Below, piece after piece: positions 16,098 to 28,125 of a stretch of DNA of 33,385 nucleotides. The translations under genes were made by a program, and so were the position numbers. The stretch is from a virus (lineage: Duplodnaviria; Heunggongvirae; Uroviricota; Caudoviricetes), in IMG/VR virus record IMGVR_UViG_2565956726_000001, one strand, 5' to 3'. Positions within the stretch are counted from its first letter, which is position 1. Each line of letters opens with the position of its first letter. The notes under the pieces were generated by a model. The model was not told the origin of the DNA. It saw only the letters and a program-made list of their open reading frames with translations, and ran no database searches.

Positions 16098-16351
16098 GTG
16101 ATCGTGTTATTGAATGCGCCTCCAGAGCGGGGCGCGACTTCTCAGAGTTCATGAAAGGCGAGAAGGGCATGATGGAAGCATTGGCCTCGGTGGATGAGTT
16201 TGGCGAGCAGCTGCGCCTCAACGGCTGTGTCAATCATCACTTTGTTAGCTACATGATGCGGAACTCGATCATGCAGGCATTCATGGACATGGCAAAAGCC
16301 GAGAGGAAAGAAGAGCGCCGGCGTAAGCGAGCGGAAGCAAAAGCGAAGTAG
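16094..16351 (+). CDS. Hypothetical small protein with basic C-terminal tail, translationally coupled to KilA-N gene
   Basis: 85-aa ORF, ATGA overlap with upstream gene; no recognisable family. Confidence 0.45.
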   Translation: MSDRVIECASRAGRDFSEFMKGEKGMMEALASVDEFGEQLRLNGCVNHHFVSYMMRNSIMQAFMDMAKAERKEERRRKRAEAKAK

Positions 16352-16637
16352 CCATTACAAAGCCTATCTACGGGTGGGCTTGATAATGGCTTATACCCTA
16401 CACGGGATAACTTAACTGATATCCCTTTTAAAGGATAAAGGTATTCAAGCCTGACACATCATGCGCTGTATCGTCGCCGTGTTCCCGTATTAACAGAGAC
16501 CGTAGCCCGACGGGGAACTCCTTCTGCGCGAGTGTGCGGGAATAATCAAAAACGATGCACACCGGGGTTACCGGGTACACATATTTCATCATGCCAGCGA
16601 GTCCGGTTCTGGCACGGAAGAAACCGGACGTTATGAT

Positions 16638-17048
16638 TTAGTGCGGAAATATTTGTGTAGTGTTCTGAATGTTCTCAGTAAAGAGTAATGAATTATCAAA
16701 GGTATAGTAATACCTTTTGTTTTCGTGGATATTTGTAATCCATCTGAAAACCCCTGCTGTAGCAAGATTTTTCCTGTATTCGTAAAATGATAACTCTCCT
16801 GATTTGAATCCTTTTAAGGTGGCTTCTATAAGGCATTTATTTTTTGAAAATCTTACATTTACAACCTTACCCTGTCCTTTTATTAAAACCGTATTATCGT
16901 TTTCAAGAACAAGATGAATATTCTCTGTGGCTAAATAGTAAATGTAATGTGAGACATTGTGACGTTTTAGTTCAGAATAAAACCAGTGATAGTTTAAATT
17001 ATTTCGCACTTTATCGAATATTTGTTTAAAAATGGCAACCTGAGCCAT
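16638..17048 (-). CDS. DUF1398-type protein (YbcV-like)
   Basis: AT-rich 136-aa gene; start taken at ATG 17048 (GGAAGG SD) rather than track start 17063. Confidence 0.7.
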   Translation of the reverse strand: MAQVAIFKQIFDKVRNNLNYHWFYSELKRHNVSHYIYYLATENIHLVLENDNTVLIKGQGKVVNVRFSKNKCLIEATLKGFKSGELSFYEYRKNLATAGVFRWITNIHENKRYYYTFDNSLLFTENIQNTTQIFPH

Positions 17049-17105
17049 TGTAGTACCTTCCATGTGATATGAGGGGGCGTAGTCTGCACGATTATCTAGA
17101 TTGCT

Positions 17106-17339
17106 TCAATCTGGTCTAACCTGTTTTCTGAGCAATTCAGTAATGTCACTCTTTTCTTTGTTTGCTTCAGGCGAAACTCTTTTTTCTGAGCACAGTCTCC
17201 GGCGGCAGGCTTCAATGACCCAGGCTGAGAAATTCCCGGACCCTTTTTGAACAAGAGCGATGTTAATTTGTTCAATCATTTGGTTAGGAAAGCGGATGTT
17301 GCGGGTTGTTGTTCTGCGGGTTCTGTTCTTCGTTGACAT
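17106..17339 (-). CDS. YlcI-like small protein (DUF3950-type)
   Basis: 77-aa ORF beginning MSTKNRTRRTTTRNIRFPNQMIEQIN, recalled as DLP12 ylcI-like. Confidence 0.55.
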   Translation of the reverse strand: MSTKNRTRRTTTRNIRFPNQMIEQINIALVQKGSGNFSAWVIEACRRRLCSEKRVSPEANKEKSDITELLRKQVRPD

Positions 17340-17499
17340 GAGGTTGCCCTGTATTCAGTGTCGCTGATTTGTATTGTCTGAAGTTGTTTTTACGTTAAGT
17401 TGATGCAGATCAATTAATACGATACCTGCGTCATAATTGATTATTTGACGTGGTTTGATGGCGTAGATGCACGTTGTGACATGTAGATGATAATTATTA

Positions 17500-17727
17500 T
17501 CATTTTTCGGGTCCTTTCCGGCGATCCGACAGGTTACGGGGCGGCGACCTCGCGGGTTTTCGCTATTTATGAAAATTTTCCGGTTTAAGGCGTTTCCGTT
17601 CTTCTTCGTCGTAACTTAATGTTTTTATTTAAAATACCCCCTGAAAAGAAAGGAAACGACAGGTGCTGAAAACGAACTTTTGGGCCTCTGTCGTTTCCTT
17701 TCTCTGTTTTGGGCCGTGGAATGAACA
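17500..17727 (+). other. cos region (cosQ, cosN, cosB with terminase and IHF binding sites)
   Basis: Near-identity to lambda 5' terminal sequence up to the Nu1 start. Confidence 0.75.
17538..17549 (+). other. cosN, the 12-nt cohesive end GGGCGGCGACCT
   Basis: Identical to the recalled first 12 nt of the lambda genome; flanking sequence on both sides matches the lambda right end and left end. Confidence 0.85.
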
Positions 17728-18247
17728 ATGGAAGTCAACAAAAAGCAGCTGGCTGACATTTTCGGTGCGAGTATCCGTACCATTCAGAACTGGCAGGAAC
17801 AGGGAATGCCCGTTCTGCGAGGCGGTGGCAAGGGTAATGAGGTGCTTTATGACTCTGCTGCCGTTATAAAATGGTATGCCGAAAGGGATGCTGAAATTGA
17901 GAACGAAAAGCTGCGCCGGGAGGTTGAAGAACTGCTGCAGGCCAGCGAGACAGATCTCCAGCCAGGGACTATTGAGTACGAACGCCATCGACTTACGCGT
18001 GCGCAGGCCGATGCACAGGAGCTGAAAAATGCCAGAGACTCCGCTGAAGTGGTGGAAACCGCATTCTGTACTTTCGTGCTGTCGCGTATCGCAGGTGAAA
18101 TTGCCAGTATTCTCGACGGGATCCCCCTGTCGGTGCAGCGGCGTTTTCCGGAACTGGAAAACCGACATGTTGATTTCCTGAAACGGGATATCATCAAAGC
18201 CATGAACAAAGCAGCCGCGCTGGATGAACTGATACCGGGGTTGCTGA

Positions 18248-18273
<26 letters not shown>
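17728..18273 (+). CDS. nu1: Terminase small subunit Nu1
   Basis: 181 aa, matches recalled lambda Nu1 (MEVNKKQLADIFGASIRTIQNWQEQGMPV...). Confidence 0.95.
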
Positions 18274-21954
<3,681 letters not shown>

Positions 21955-21974
<20 letters not shown>

Positions 21975-23274
21975 TCTCCCGCATATTACCAGTATGGCCT
22001 TTAATGAGCCGCTGATGCTTGAACCCGCCTATGCGCGGGTTTTCTTTTGTGCGCTTGCAGGCCAGCTTGGGATCAGCCGCCTGACGGATGCGGTATCCGG
22101 CGACAGCCTGACTGCCGGAGAGGCACCCGCGGCGCTGGCGTTATCCGTTGATGATGACGGACCACGGCAGGCCCGCAGTTATCAGGTCATGAACGGCATC
22201 GCCGTGCTGCCGGTGTCCGGCACGCTGGTCAGTCGGACGCGAGCGCTGCAGCCGTATTCGGGGATGACCGGTTACAACGGCATTATCGCCCGTCTGCAAC
22301 AGGCTGCCAGCGACCCGATGGTGGACGGCATTCTGCTCGATATGGATACGCCAGGCGGGATGGTGGCAGGGGCATTTGACTGCGCTGACATCATCGCCCG
22401 TGTGCGTGACATAAAGCCGGTATGGGCGCTGGCCAATGACATGAACTGCAGCGCAGGTCAGCTGCTTGCCAGTGCCGCCTCCCGGCGTCTGGTCACGCAG
22501 ACCGCCCGGACAGGCTCCATCGGCGTCATGATGGCTCACAGTAATTACGGTGCTGCGCTGGAGAAACAGGGCGTGGAAATCACGCTGATTTACAGCGGCA
22601 GCCATAAGGTGGATGGCAACCCCTACAGCCATCTACCGGATGATGTCCGGGAAACACTGCAGTCCCGGATGGATGCAACCCGCCGGATGTTTGCACAGAA
22701 GGTGTCGGCATATACCGGCCTGTCCGTGCAGGCTGTGCTGGATACCGAGGCTGCAGTGTACAGCGGTCAGGAGGCCATTGATGCCGGACTGGCTGATGAA
22801 CTTGTTAACAGTACCGATGCGATCACCATCATGCGTGATGCACTGGATGCACGTAAATCCCGTCTCTCAGGAGGGCGAATGACCAAAGAGACTCAATCAA
22901 CAACTGTTTCAGCCACTGCTTCGCAGGCTGACGTTACTGGCGTGGTGCAAGCGACGGAGGGCGAGAACGCCAGCGCTGCGCAGCCGGACGTGAACGCGCA
23001 GATCACCGCAGCTGTTGCGGCAGAAAACAGTCGCATTATGGGGATCCTCAACTGTGAGGAGGCTCACGGACGCGAAGAACAGGCACGCGTGCTGGCCGAA
23101 ACCCCCGGTATGACCGTGGAAACGGCCCGCCGCATTCTGGCAGTTGCACCACAGAGTGCACAGGCGCGCAGTGACACTGCGCTGGATCGTCTGATGCAGG
23201 GGGCACCGGCACCGCTGGCTGCAGGTAACCCGGCATCTGATGCCGTTAACGATTTGCTGAACACACCAGTGTAA
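21955..23274 (+). CDS. C: Head maturation protease gpC (GTG start)
   Basis: 439 codons from GTG 21955 (GAGGAG SD), same length as lambda C; the track ORF extends further upstream without a start. Confidence 0.85.
22669..23274 (+). CDS. nu3: Scaffolding protein Nu3, nested in-frame in the 3' part of C
   Basis: ATG 22669 in frame with C, 201 codons, matching the lambda arrangement. Confidence 0.7.
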   Translation: MDATRRMFAQKVSAYTGLSVQAVLDTEAAVYSGQEAIDAGLADELVNSTDAITIMRDALDARKSRLSGGRMTKETQSTTVSATASQADVTGVVQATEGENASAAQPDVNAQITAAVAAENSRIMGILNCEEAHGREEQARVLAETPGMTVETARRILAVAPQSAQARSDTALDRLMQGAPAPLAAGNPASDAVNDLLNTPV

Positions 23275-23283
23275 GGGATGTTT

Positions 23284-23616
23284 ATGACGAGCAAAGAAAC
23301 CTTTACCCATTACCAGCCGCTGGGCAACAGTGACCCGGCACATACGGCAACCGCGCCCGGCGGATTGAGTGCGAAAGCGCCTGCAATGACCCCGCTGATG
23401 CTGGATACCTCCACCCGTAAGCTGGTTGCGTGGGATGGCACCACCGACGGTGCTGCCGTTGGCATTCTGGCGGTTGATGCTGACCAGACCAGCACCACGC
23501 TGACGTTCTACAAGTCCGGCACGTTCCGTTATGAGGATGTGCTCTGGCCGGAGGCTGCCAGCGACGAGACGAAGAAACGGACCGCGTTTGCCGGAACGGC
23601 AATCAGCATCGTTTAA
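23284..23616 (+). CDS. D: Head decoration protein gpD
   Basis: 110 aa from ATG 23284 (AGGG SD), lambda D-like. Confidence 0.9.
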   Translation: MTSKETFTHYQPLGNSDPAHTATAPGGLSAKAPAMTPLMLDTSTRKLVAWDGTTDGAAVGILAVDADQTSTTLTFYKSGTFRYEDVLWPEAASDETKKRTAFAGTAISIV

Positions 23617-23670
23617 CCTTACCCTTCATCACTAAAGGCCGCCTGTGCGGCTTTTTTTACGGGATTTTTT

Positions 23671-24696
23671 ATGTCGATGTACACAACCGCCCAGCTGCTG
23701 GCGGCAAATGAGAAGAAATTTAAGTTTGATCCGCTGTTTCTGCGTCTCTTTTTCCGTGAGAGCTATCCCTTCACCACGGAGAAAGTCTATCTCTCACAAA
23801 TTCCGGGACTGGTAAACATGGCGCTGTACGTTTCGCCGATTGTTTCCGGTGAGGTTATCCGCTCCCGTGGCGGCTCCACCTCTGAATTTACACCGGGATA
23901 TGTCAAGCCGAAGCATGAGGTGAATCCGCAGATGACCCTGCGTCGCCTGCCGGATGAAGATCCGCAGAATCTGGCGGACCCGGCTTACCGCCGCCGTCGC
24001 ATCATCATGCAGAACATGCGAGACGAAGAGCTGGCCATTGCTCAGGTCGAAGAGATGCAGGCCGTTTCTGCCGTGCTTAAGGGCAAATACACCATGACCG
24101 GTGAAGCCTTCGATCCGGTTGAAGTGGATATGGGCCGCAGTGCGGCGAACAACATCACACAGTCCGGTGGTACGGAGTGGAGCAAGCGTGACAAGTCCAC
24201 GTATGACCCGACCGACGATATCGAAGCCTATGCGCTGAACGCCAGCGGCGTGGTGAATATCATCGTGTTTGATCCGAAAGGCTGGGCGCTGTTCCGTTCC
24301 TTCAAAGCCGTCAAGGAGAAGCTGGATACCCGTCGCGGCTCTAATTCCGAGCTGGAGACAGCGGTAAAAGACCTGGGCGAAGCGGTGTCCTATAAGGGGA
24401 TGTATGGCGATACGGCGATCGTCGTGTATTCCGGACAGTACGTGGAAAACGACGTCAAAAAGAACTTCCTTCCGGACAACACGATGGTGCTGGGGAACAC
24501 TCAGGCACGCGGTCTGCGCACCTATGGCTGCATTCAGGATGCGGACGCACAGCGCGAAGGTATTAACGCTTCTGCCCGCTACCCGAAAAACTGGGTGACC
24601 ACCGGCGATCCGGCGCGTGAGTTCACCATGATTCAGTCAGCACCGCTGATGCTGCTGGCTGACCCTGATGCGTTCGTGTCCGTACAACTGGCGTAA
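23671..24696 (+). CDS. E: Major capsid protein gpE
   Basis: 341 aa, lambda E-like. Confidence 0.95.
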   Translation: MSMYTTAQLLAANEKKFKFDPLFLRLFFRESYPFTTEKVYLSQIPGLVNMALYVSPIVSGEVIRSRGGSTSEFTPGYVKPKHEVNPQMTLRRLPDEDPQNLADPAYRRRRIIMQNMRDEELAIAQVEEMQAVSAVLKGKYTMTGEAFDPVEVDMGRSAANNITQSGGTEWSKRDKSTYDPTDDIEAYALNASGVVNIIVFDPKGWALFRSFKAVKEKLDTRRGSNSELETAVKDLGEAVSYKGMYGDTAIVVYSGQYVENDVKKNFLPDNTMVLGNTQARGLRTYGCIQDADAQREGINASARYPKNWVTTGDPAREFTMIQSAPLMLLADPDAFVSVQLA

Positions 24697-24737
24697 TCAT
24701 GGCCCTTCGGGGCCATTTTCTCTTTGTGGAGGAGTCC

Positions 24738-25133
24738 ATGACGAAAGATGAACTGATTGCCCGTCTTCAGGTGCTGGGTGAGCAACTGAACCGTGATGTC
24801 AGCCTGACGGGGACGAAAGAAGAACTGGTGCTCCGTGTGGCAGAGCTGGAAGAGGAGCTTGATGACACGGATGACGCTGCCGGTCAGGACACATCTGTCA
24901 GCCCGGAAAATGCGCTGACCGGACATGAAAATGAGGTTGTATCAGCGCAGCCGGATACCGTGACTGATACGGCTGATCTGGTCACGGTTGTGGCACTGGT
25001 GACGCTGCATACTGATGCACTTCACGCCACGCGGGATGAGGCTGTGGCATTTGTGCTGCCGGGAACGGCGTTCCGTGTCTCTGCCGGTGTGGCAGCTGAA
25101 ATGACAGAACGTGGCCTGGCCAGAATGCAATAA
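24738..25133 (+). CDS. FI: DNA-packaging protein FI
   Basis: ATG 24738 with GGAGGAG SD; lambda FI-like. Confidence 0.9.
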   Translation: MTKDELIARLQVLGEQLNRDVSLTGTKEELVLRVAELEEELDDTDDAAGQDTSVSPENALTGHENEVVSAQPDTVTDTADLVTVVALVTLHTDALHATRDEAVAFVLPGTAFRVSAGVAAEMTERGLARMQ

Positions 25134-25144
25134 CGGGAGGCGCT

Positions 25145-25498
25145 GTGGCTGATTTCGATAACCTGTTCGATGCTGCCATTGCCCGCGCCGATGAAACGAT
25201 ACGCGGGTACATGGGAACGTCAGCCACCATGACATCCGGTGAGCAGTCCGGCGCTGTGATACGTGGTGTTTTTGATGACCCTGAAAATATCAGCTATGCC
25301 GGACAGGGCGTGCGCGTTGAAGGCTCCAGCCCGTCCCTGTTTGTCCGGACTGATGATGTGCGGCAACTGCGGCGTGGAGACACGCTGACCATCGGTGAGG
25401 AAAACTTCTGGATAGACCGGGTATCGCCGGATGATGGCGGAAGCTGTCATCTCTGGCTTGGGCGTGGCGTTCCGCCTGCCGTTAACCGTCGCCGTTGA
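25145..25498 (+). CDS. FII: Head-tail connector FII
   Basis: 117 aa, lambda FII-like. Confidence 0.9.
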   Translation: MADFDNLFDAAIARADETIRGYMGTSATMTSGEQSGAVIRGVFDDPENISYAGQGVRVEGSSPSLFVRTDDVRQLRRGDTLTIGEENFWIDRVSPDDGGSCHLWLGRGVPPAVNRRR

Positions 25499-25576
25499 AA
25501 GGGGGATGTATGGCCATAAAAGGTCTTGAGCAGGCCGTTGAAAGGGGGATGTATGGCCATACAGGGTCTTGAGCAG
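25491..25576 (+). repeat. 43-bp tandem duplication (2 copies, 2 mismatches) spanning the FII stop and Z start
   Basis: GCCGTTGAAAGGGGGATGTATGGCCATA..GGTCTTGAGCAG occurs at 25491-25533 and 25534-25576, each copy bounded by the 10-bp repeat GCCGTTGAAA. Confidence 0.9.
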
Positions 25577-26131
25577 GCCGTTGAAAACCTCAGCCGTATC
25601 AGCAAAACGGCGGTTCCCGGTGCCGCCGCAATGGCCATTAACCGCGTTGCGTCATCCGCGATATCGCAGTCGGCGTCACAGGTTGCCCGTGAGACAAAGG
25701 TACGCCGGAAACTGGTAAAGGAAAGGGCCAGGCTGAAAAGGGCCACGGTCAAAAATCCGCAGGCCAGAATCAAAGTTAACCGGGGGGATTTGCCCGTAAT
25801 CAAGCTGGGTAATGCGCGGGTTGTCCTGTCCCGCCGCAGGCGTCGTAAAAAGGGGCAGCGTTCATCCCTGAAAGGTGGCGGCAGCGTGCTTGTGGTGGGT
25901 AACCGTCGTATTCCCGGCGCGTTTATTCAGCAACTGAAAAATGGCCGGTGGCATGTTATGCAGCGTGTGGCCGGGAAAAACCGTTACCCCATTGATGTGG
26001 TGAAAATCCCGATGGCGGTGCCGCTGACCACGGCGTTTAAACAGAATATTGAACGGATACGGCGTGAACGTCTTCCGAAAGAGCTGGGCTATGCGCTGCA
26101 GCATCAACTGAGAATGGTAATAAAGCGATGA
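25553..26131 (+). CDS. Z: Tail completion protein gpZ (start in second copy of the duplication)
   Basis: 192 codons from ATG 25553; the first-copy ATG at 25510 opens only a 20-codon ORF. Confidence 0.85.
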   Translation: MAIQGLEQAVENLSRISKTAVPGAAAMAINRVASSAISQSASQVARETKVRRKLVKERARLKRATVKNPQARIKVNRGDLPVIKLGNARVVLSRRRRRKKGQRSSLKGGGSVLVVGNRRIPGAFIQQLKNGRWHVMQRVAGKNRYPIDVVKIPMAVPLTTAFKQNIERIRRERLPKELGYALQHQLRMVIKR

Positions 26132-26523
26132 AACATACTGAACTCCGTGCAGCCGTACTGGATGCACTGGAGAAGCATGACACCGGGGCGACGTTTTTTG
26201 ATGGTCGCCCCGCTGTTTTTGATGAGGAAGATTTTCCGGCAATTGCCGTTTATCTCACCGGCGCTGAATACACGGGCGAAGAGCTGGACAGCGATACCTG
26301 GCAGGCGGAGCTGCATATTGAAGTTTTCCTGCCTGCTCAGGTGCCGGATTCAGAGCTGGATTCGTGGATGGAGTCCCGGATTTATCCGGTGATGAGCGAT
26401 ATCCCGGCACTGTCAGATTTGATCACCAGTATGGTGGCCAGTGGCTATGACTACCGGCGCGACGATGATGCGGGCCTGTGGAGTTCAGCCGATCTGACTT
26501 ATGTCATTACCTATGAAATGTGA
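26128..26523 (+). CDS. U: Tail terminator gpU
   Basis: 131 aa, lambda U-like. Confidence 0.95.
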   Translation: MKHTELRAAVLDALEKHDTGATFFDGRPAVFDEEDFPAIAVYLTGAEYTGEELDSDTWQAELHIEVFLPAQVPDSELDSWMESRIYPVMSDIPALSDLITSMVASGYDYRRDDDAGLWSSADLTYVITYEM

Positions 26524-26530
26524 GGACGCT

Positions 26531-27271
26531 ATGCCTGTACCAAATCCTGTAATGCCGGTGAAAGGTGCCGGGACCACCCTGTGGGTTTATAAGGGGAGCG
26601 GTGACCCTTATGCGAACCCGCTTTCAGACGTTGACTGGTCGCGTCTGGCAAAAGTTAAAGACCTGACGCCCGGCGAACTGACCGCTGAGTCCTATGACGA
26701 CAGCTATCTCGATGATGAAGATGCAGACTGGACTGCGACCGGGCAGGGGCAGAAATCTGCCGGAGATACCAGCTTCACGCTGGCGTGGATGCCCGGAGAG
26801 CAGGGGCAGCAGGCGCTGCTGGCGTGGTTTAATGAAGGTGATACCCGTGCCTATAAAATCCGCTTCCCGAACGGCACGGTCGATGTGTTCCGTGGCTGGG
26901 TCAGCAGCATCGGTAAGGCGGTGACGGCAAAGGAAGTGATCACCCGTACGGTGAAGGTCACCAATGTGGGTCGTCCGTCAATGGCAGAAGAACACAGTAC
27001 GGTGACGGCGGCAACCGGTATGACCGTGACGCCAGCCAGCGCTTCCGTAGTGAAAGGGAAGAGCACCACGCTGACCGTGGCATTCCAGCCGGAAGGCGCA
27101 ACCGACAAGAGCTTCCGTGCGGTGTCAGCGGATAAAACAAAAGCTACCGTGTCGGTCAGTGGTATGACCATCACCGTGAATGGCGTTGCTGCAGGTAAGG
27201 TCAACATTCCGGTCGTATCCGGTAATGGTGAGTTTGCTGCGGTTGCAGAAATTACCGTCACCGCCAGTTAA
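26531..27271 (+). CDS. V: Major tail tube protein gpV
   Basis: 246 aa from ATG 26531 (GAGGA SD), lambda V-like. Confidence 0.95.
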   Translation: MPVPNPVMPVKGAGTTLWVYKGSGDPYANPLSDVDWSRLAKVKDLTPGELTAESYDDSYLDDEDADWTATGQGQKSAGDTSFTLAWMPGEQGQQALLAWFNEGDTRAYKIRFPNGTVDVFRGWVSSIGKAVTAKEVITRTVKVTNVGRPSMAEEHSTVTAATGMTVTPASASVVKGKSTTLTVAFQPEGATDKSFRAVSADKTKATVSVSGMTITVNGVAAGKVNIPVVSGNGEFAAVAEITVTAS

Positions 27272-27286
27272 TCCGGAGAGTCAGCG

Positions 27287-27709
27287 ATGTTCCTGAAAAC
27301 CGAATCATTTGAACATAACGGTGTGACCGTCACGCTTTCTGAACTGTCAGCCCTGCAGCGCATTGAGCATCTCGCCCTGATGAAACGGCAGGCAGAACAG
27401 GCGGAGTCAGACAGCAACCGGAAGTTTACTGTGGAAGACGCCATCAGAACCGGCGCGTTTCTGGTGGCGATGTCCCTGTGGCATAACCATCCGCAGAAGA
27501 CGCAGATGCCGTCCATGAATGAAGCCGTTAAACAGATTGAGCAGGAAGTGCTTACCACCTGGCCCACGGAGGCAATTTCTCATGCTGAAAACGTGGTGTA
27601 CCGGCTGTCTGGTATGTATGAGTTTGTGGTGAATAATGCCCCTGAACAGACAGAGGACGCCGGGCCCGCAGAGCCTGTTTCTGCGGGAAAGTGTTCGACG
27701 GTGAGCTGA
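27287..27709 (+). CDS. G: Tail assembly chaperone gpG
   Basis: 140 aa, lambda G-like. Confidence 0.9.
   Translation: MFLKTESFEHNGVTVTLSELSALQRIEHLALMKRQAEQAESDSNRKFTVEDAIRTGAFLVAMSLWHNHPQKTQMPSMNEAVKQIEQEVLTTWPTEAISHAENVVYRLSGMYEFVVNNAPEQTEDAGPAEPVSAGKCSTVS
27685..27691 (+). promoter_or_regulatory. Programmed -1 ribosomal frameshift site G GGA AAG (G to G-T fusion)
   Basis: Heptamer GGGAAAG in the G zero frame 6 codons before the G stop; the T frame is open from here. Confidence 0.85.
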
Positions 27710-28125
27710 GTTTTGCCCTGAAACTGGCGCGTGAGATGGGGCGACCCGACTGGCGTGCCATGCTTGCCGGGATGTCATCCACGGAGTATGCCGACTGGCA
27801 CCGCTTTTACAGTACCCATTATTTTCATGATGTTCTGCTGGATATGCACTTTTCCGGGCTGACGTACACCGTGCTCAGCCTGTTTTTCAGCGATCCGGAT
27901 ATGCATCCGCTGGATTTCAGTCTGCTGAACCGGCGCGAGGCTGACGAAGAGCCTGAAGATGATGTGCTGATGCAGAAAGCGGCAGGGCTTGCCGGAGGTG
28001 TCCGCTTTGGCCCGGACGGGAATGAAGTTATCCCCGCTTCCCCGGATGTGGCGGACATGACGGAGGATGACGTAATGCTGATGACAGTATCAGAAGGGAT
28101 CGCAGGAGGAGTCCGGTATGGCTGA
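27691..28125 (+). CDS. T: gpT portion of the G-T frameshift fusion chaperone
   Basis: 144-codon ORF in -1 frame relative to G, lambda T-like; expressed only as a fusion. Confidence 0.85.
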   Translation: MFDGELSFALKLAREMGRPDWRAMLAGMSSTEYADWHRFYSTHYFHDVLLDMHFSGLTYTVLSLFFSDPDMHPLDFSLLNRREADEEPEDDVLMQKAAGLAGGVRFGPDGNEVIPASPDVADMTEDDVMLMTVSEGIAGGVRYG

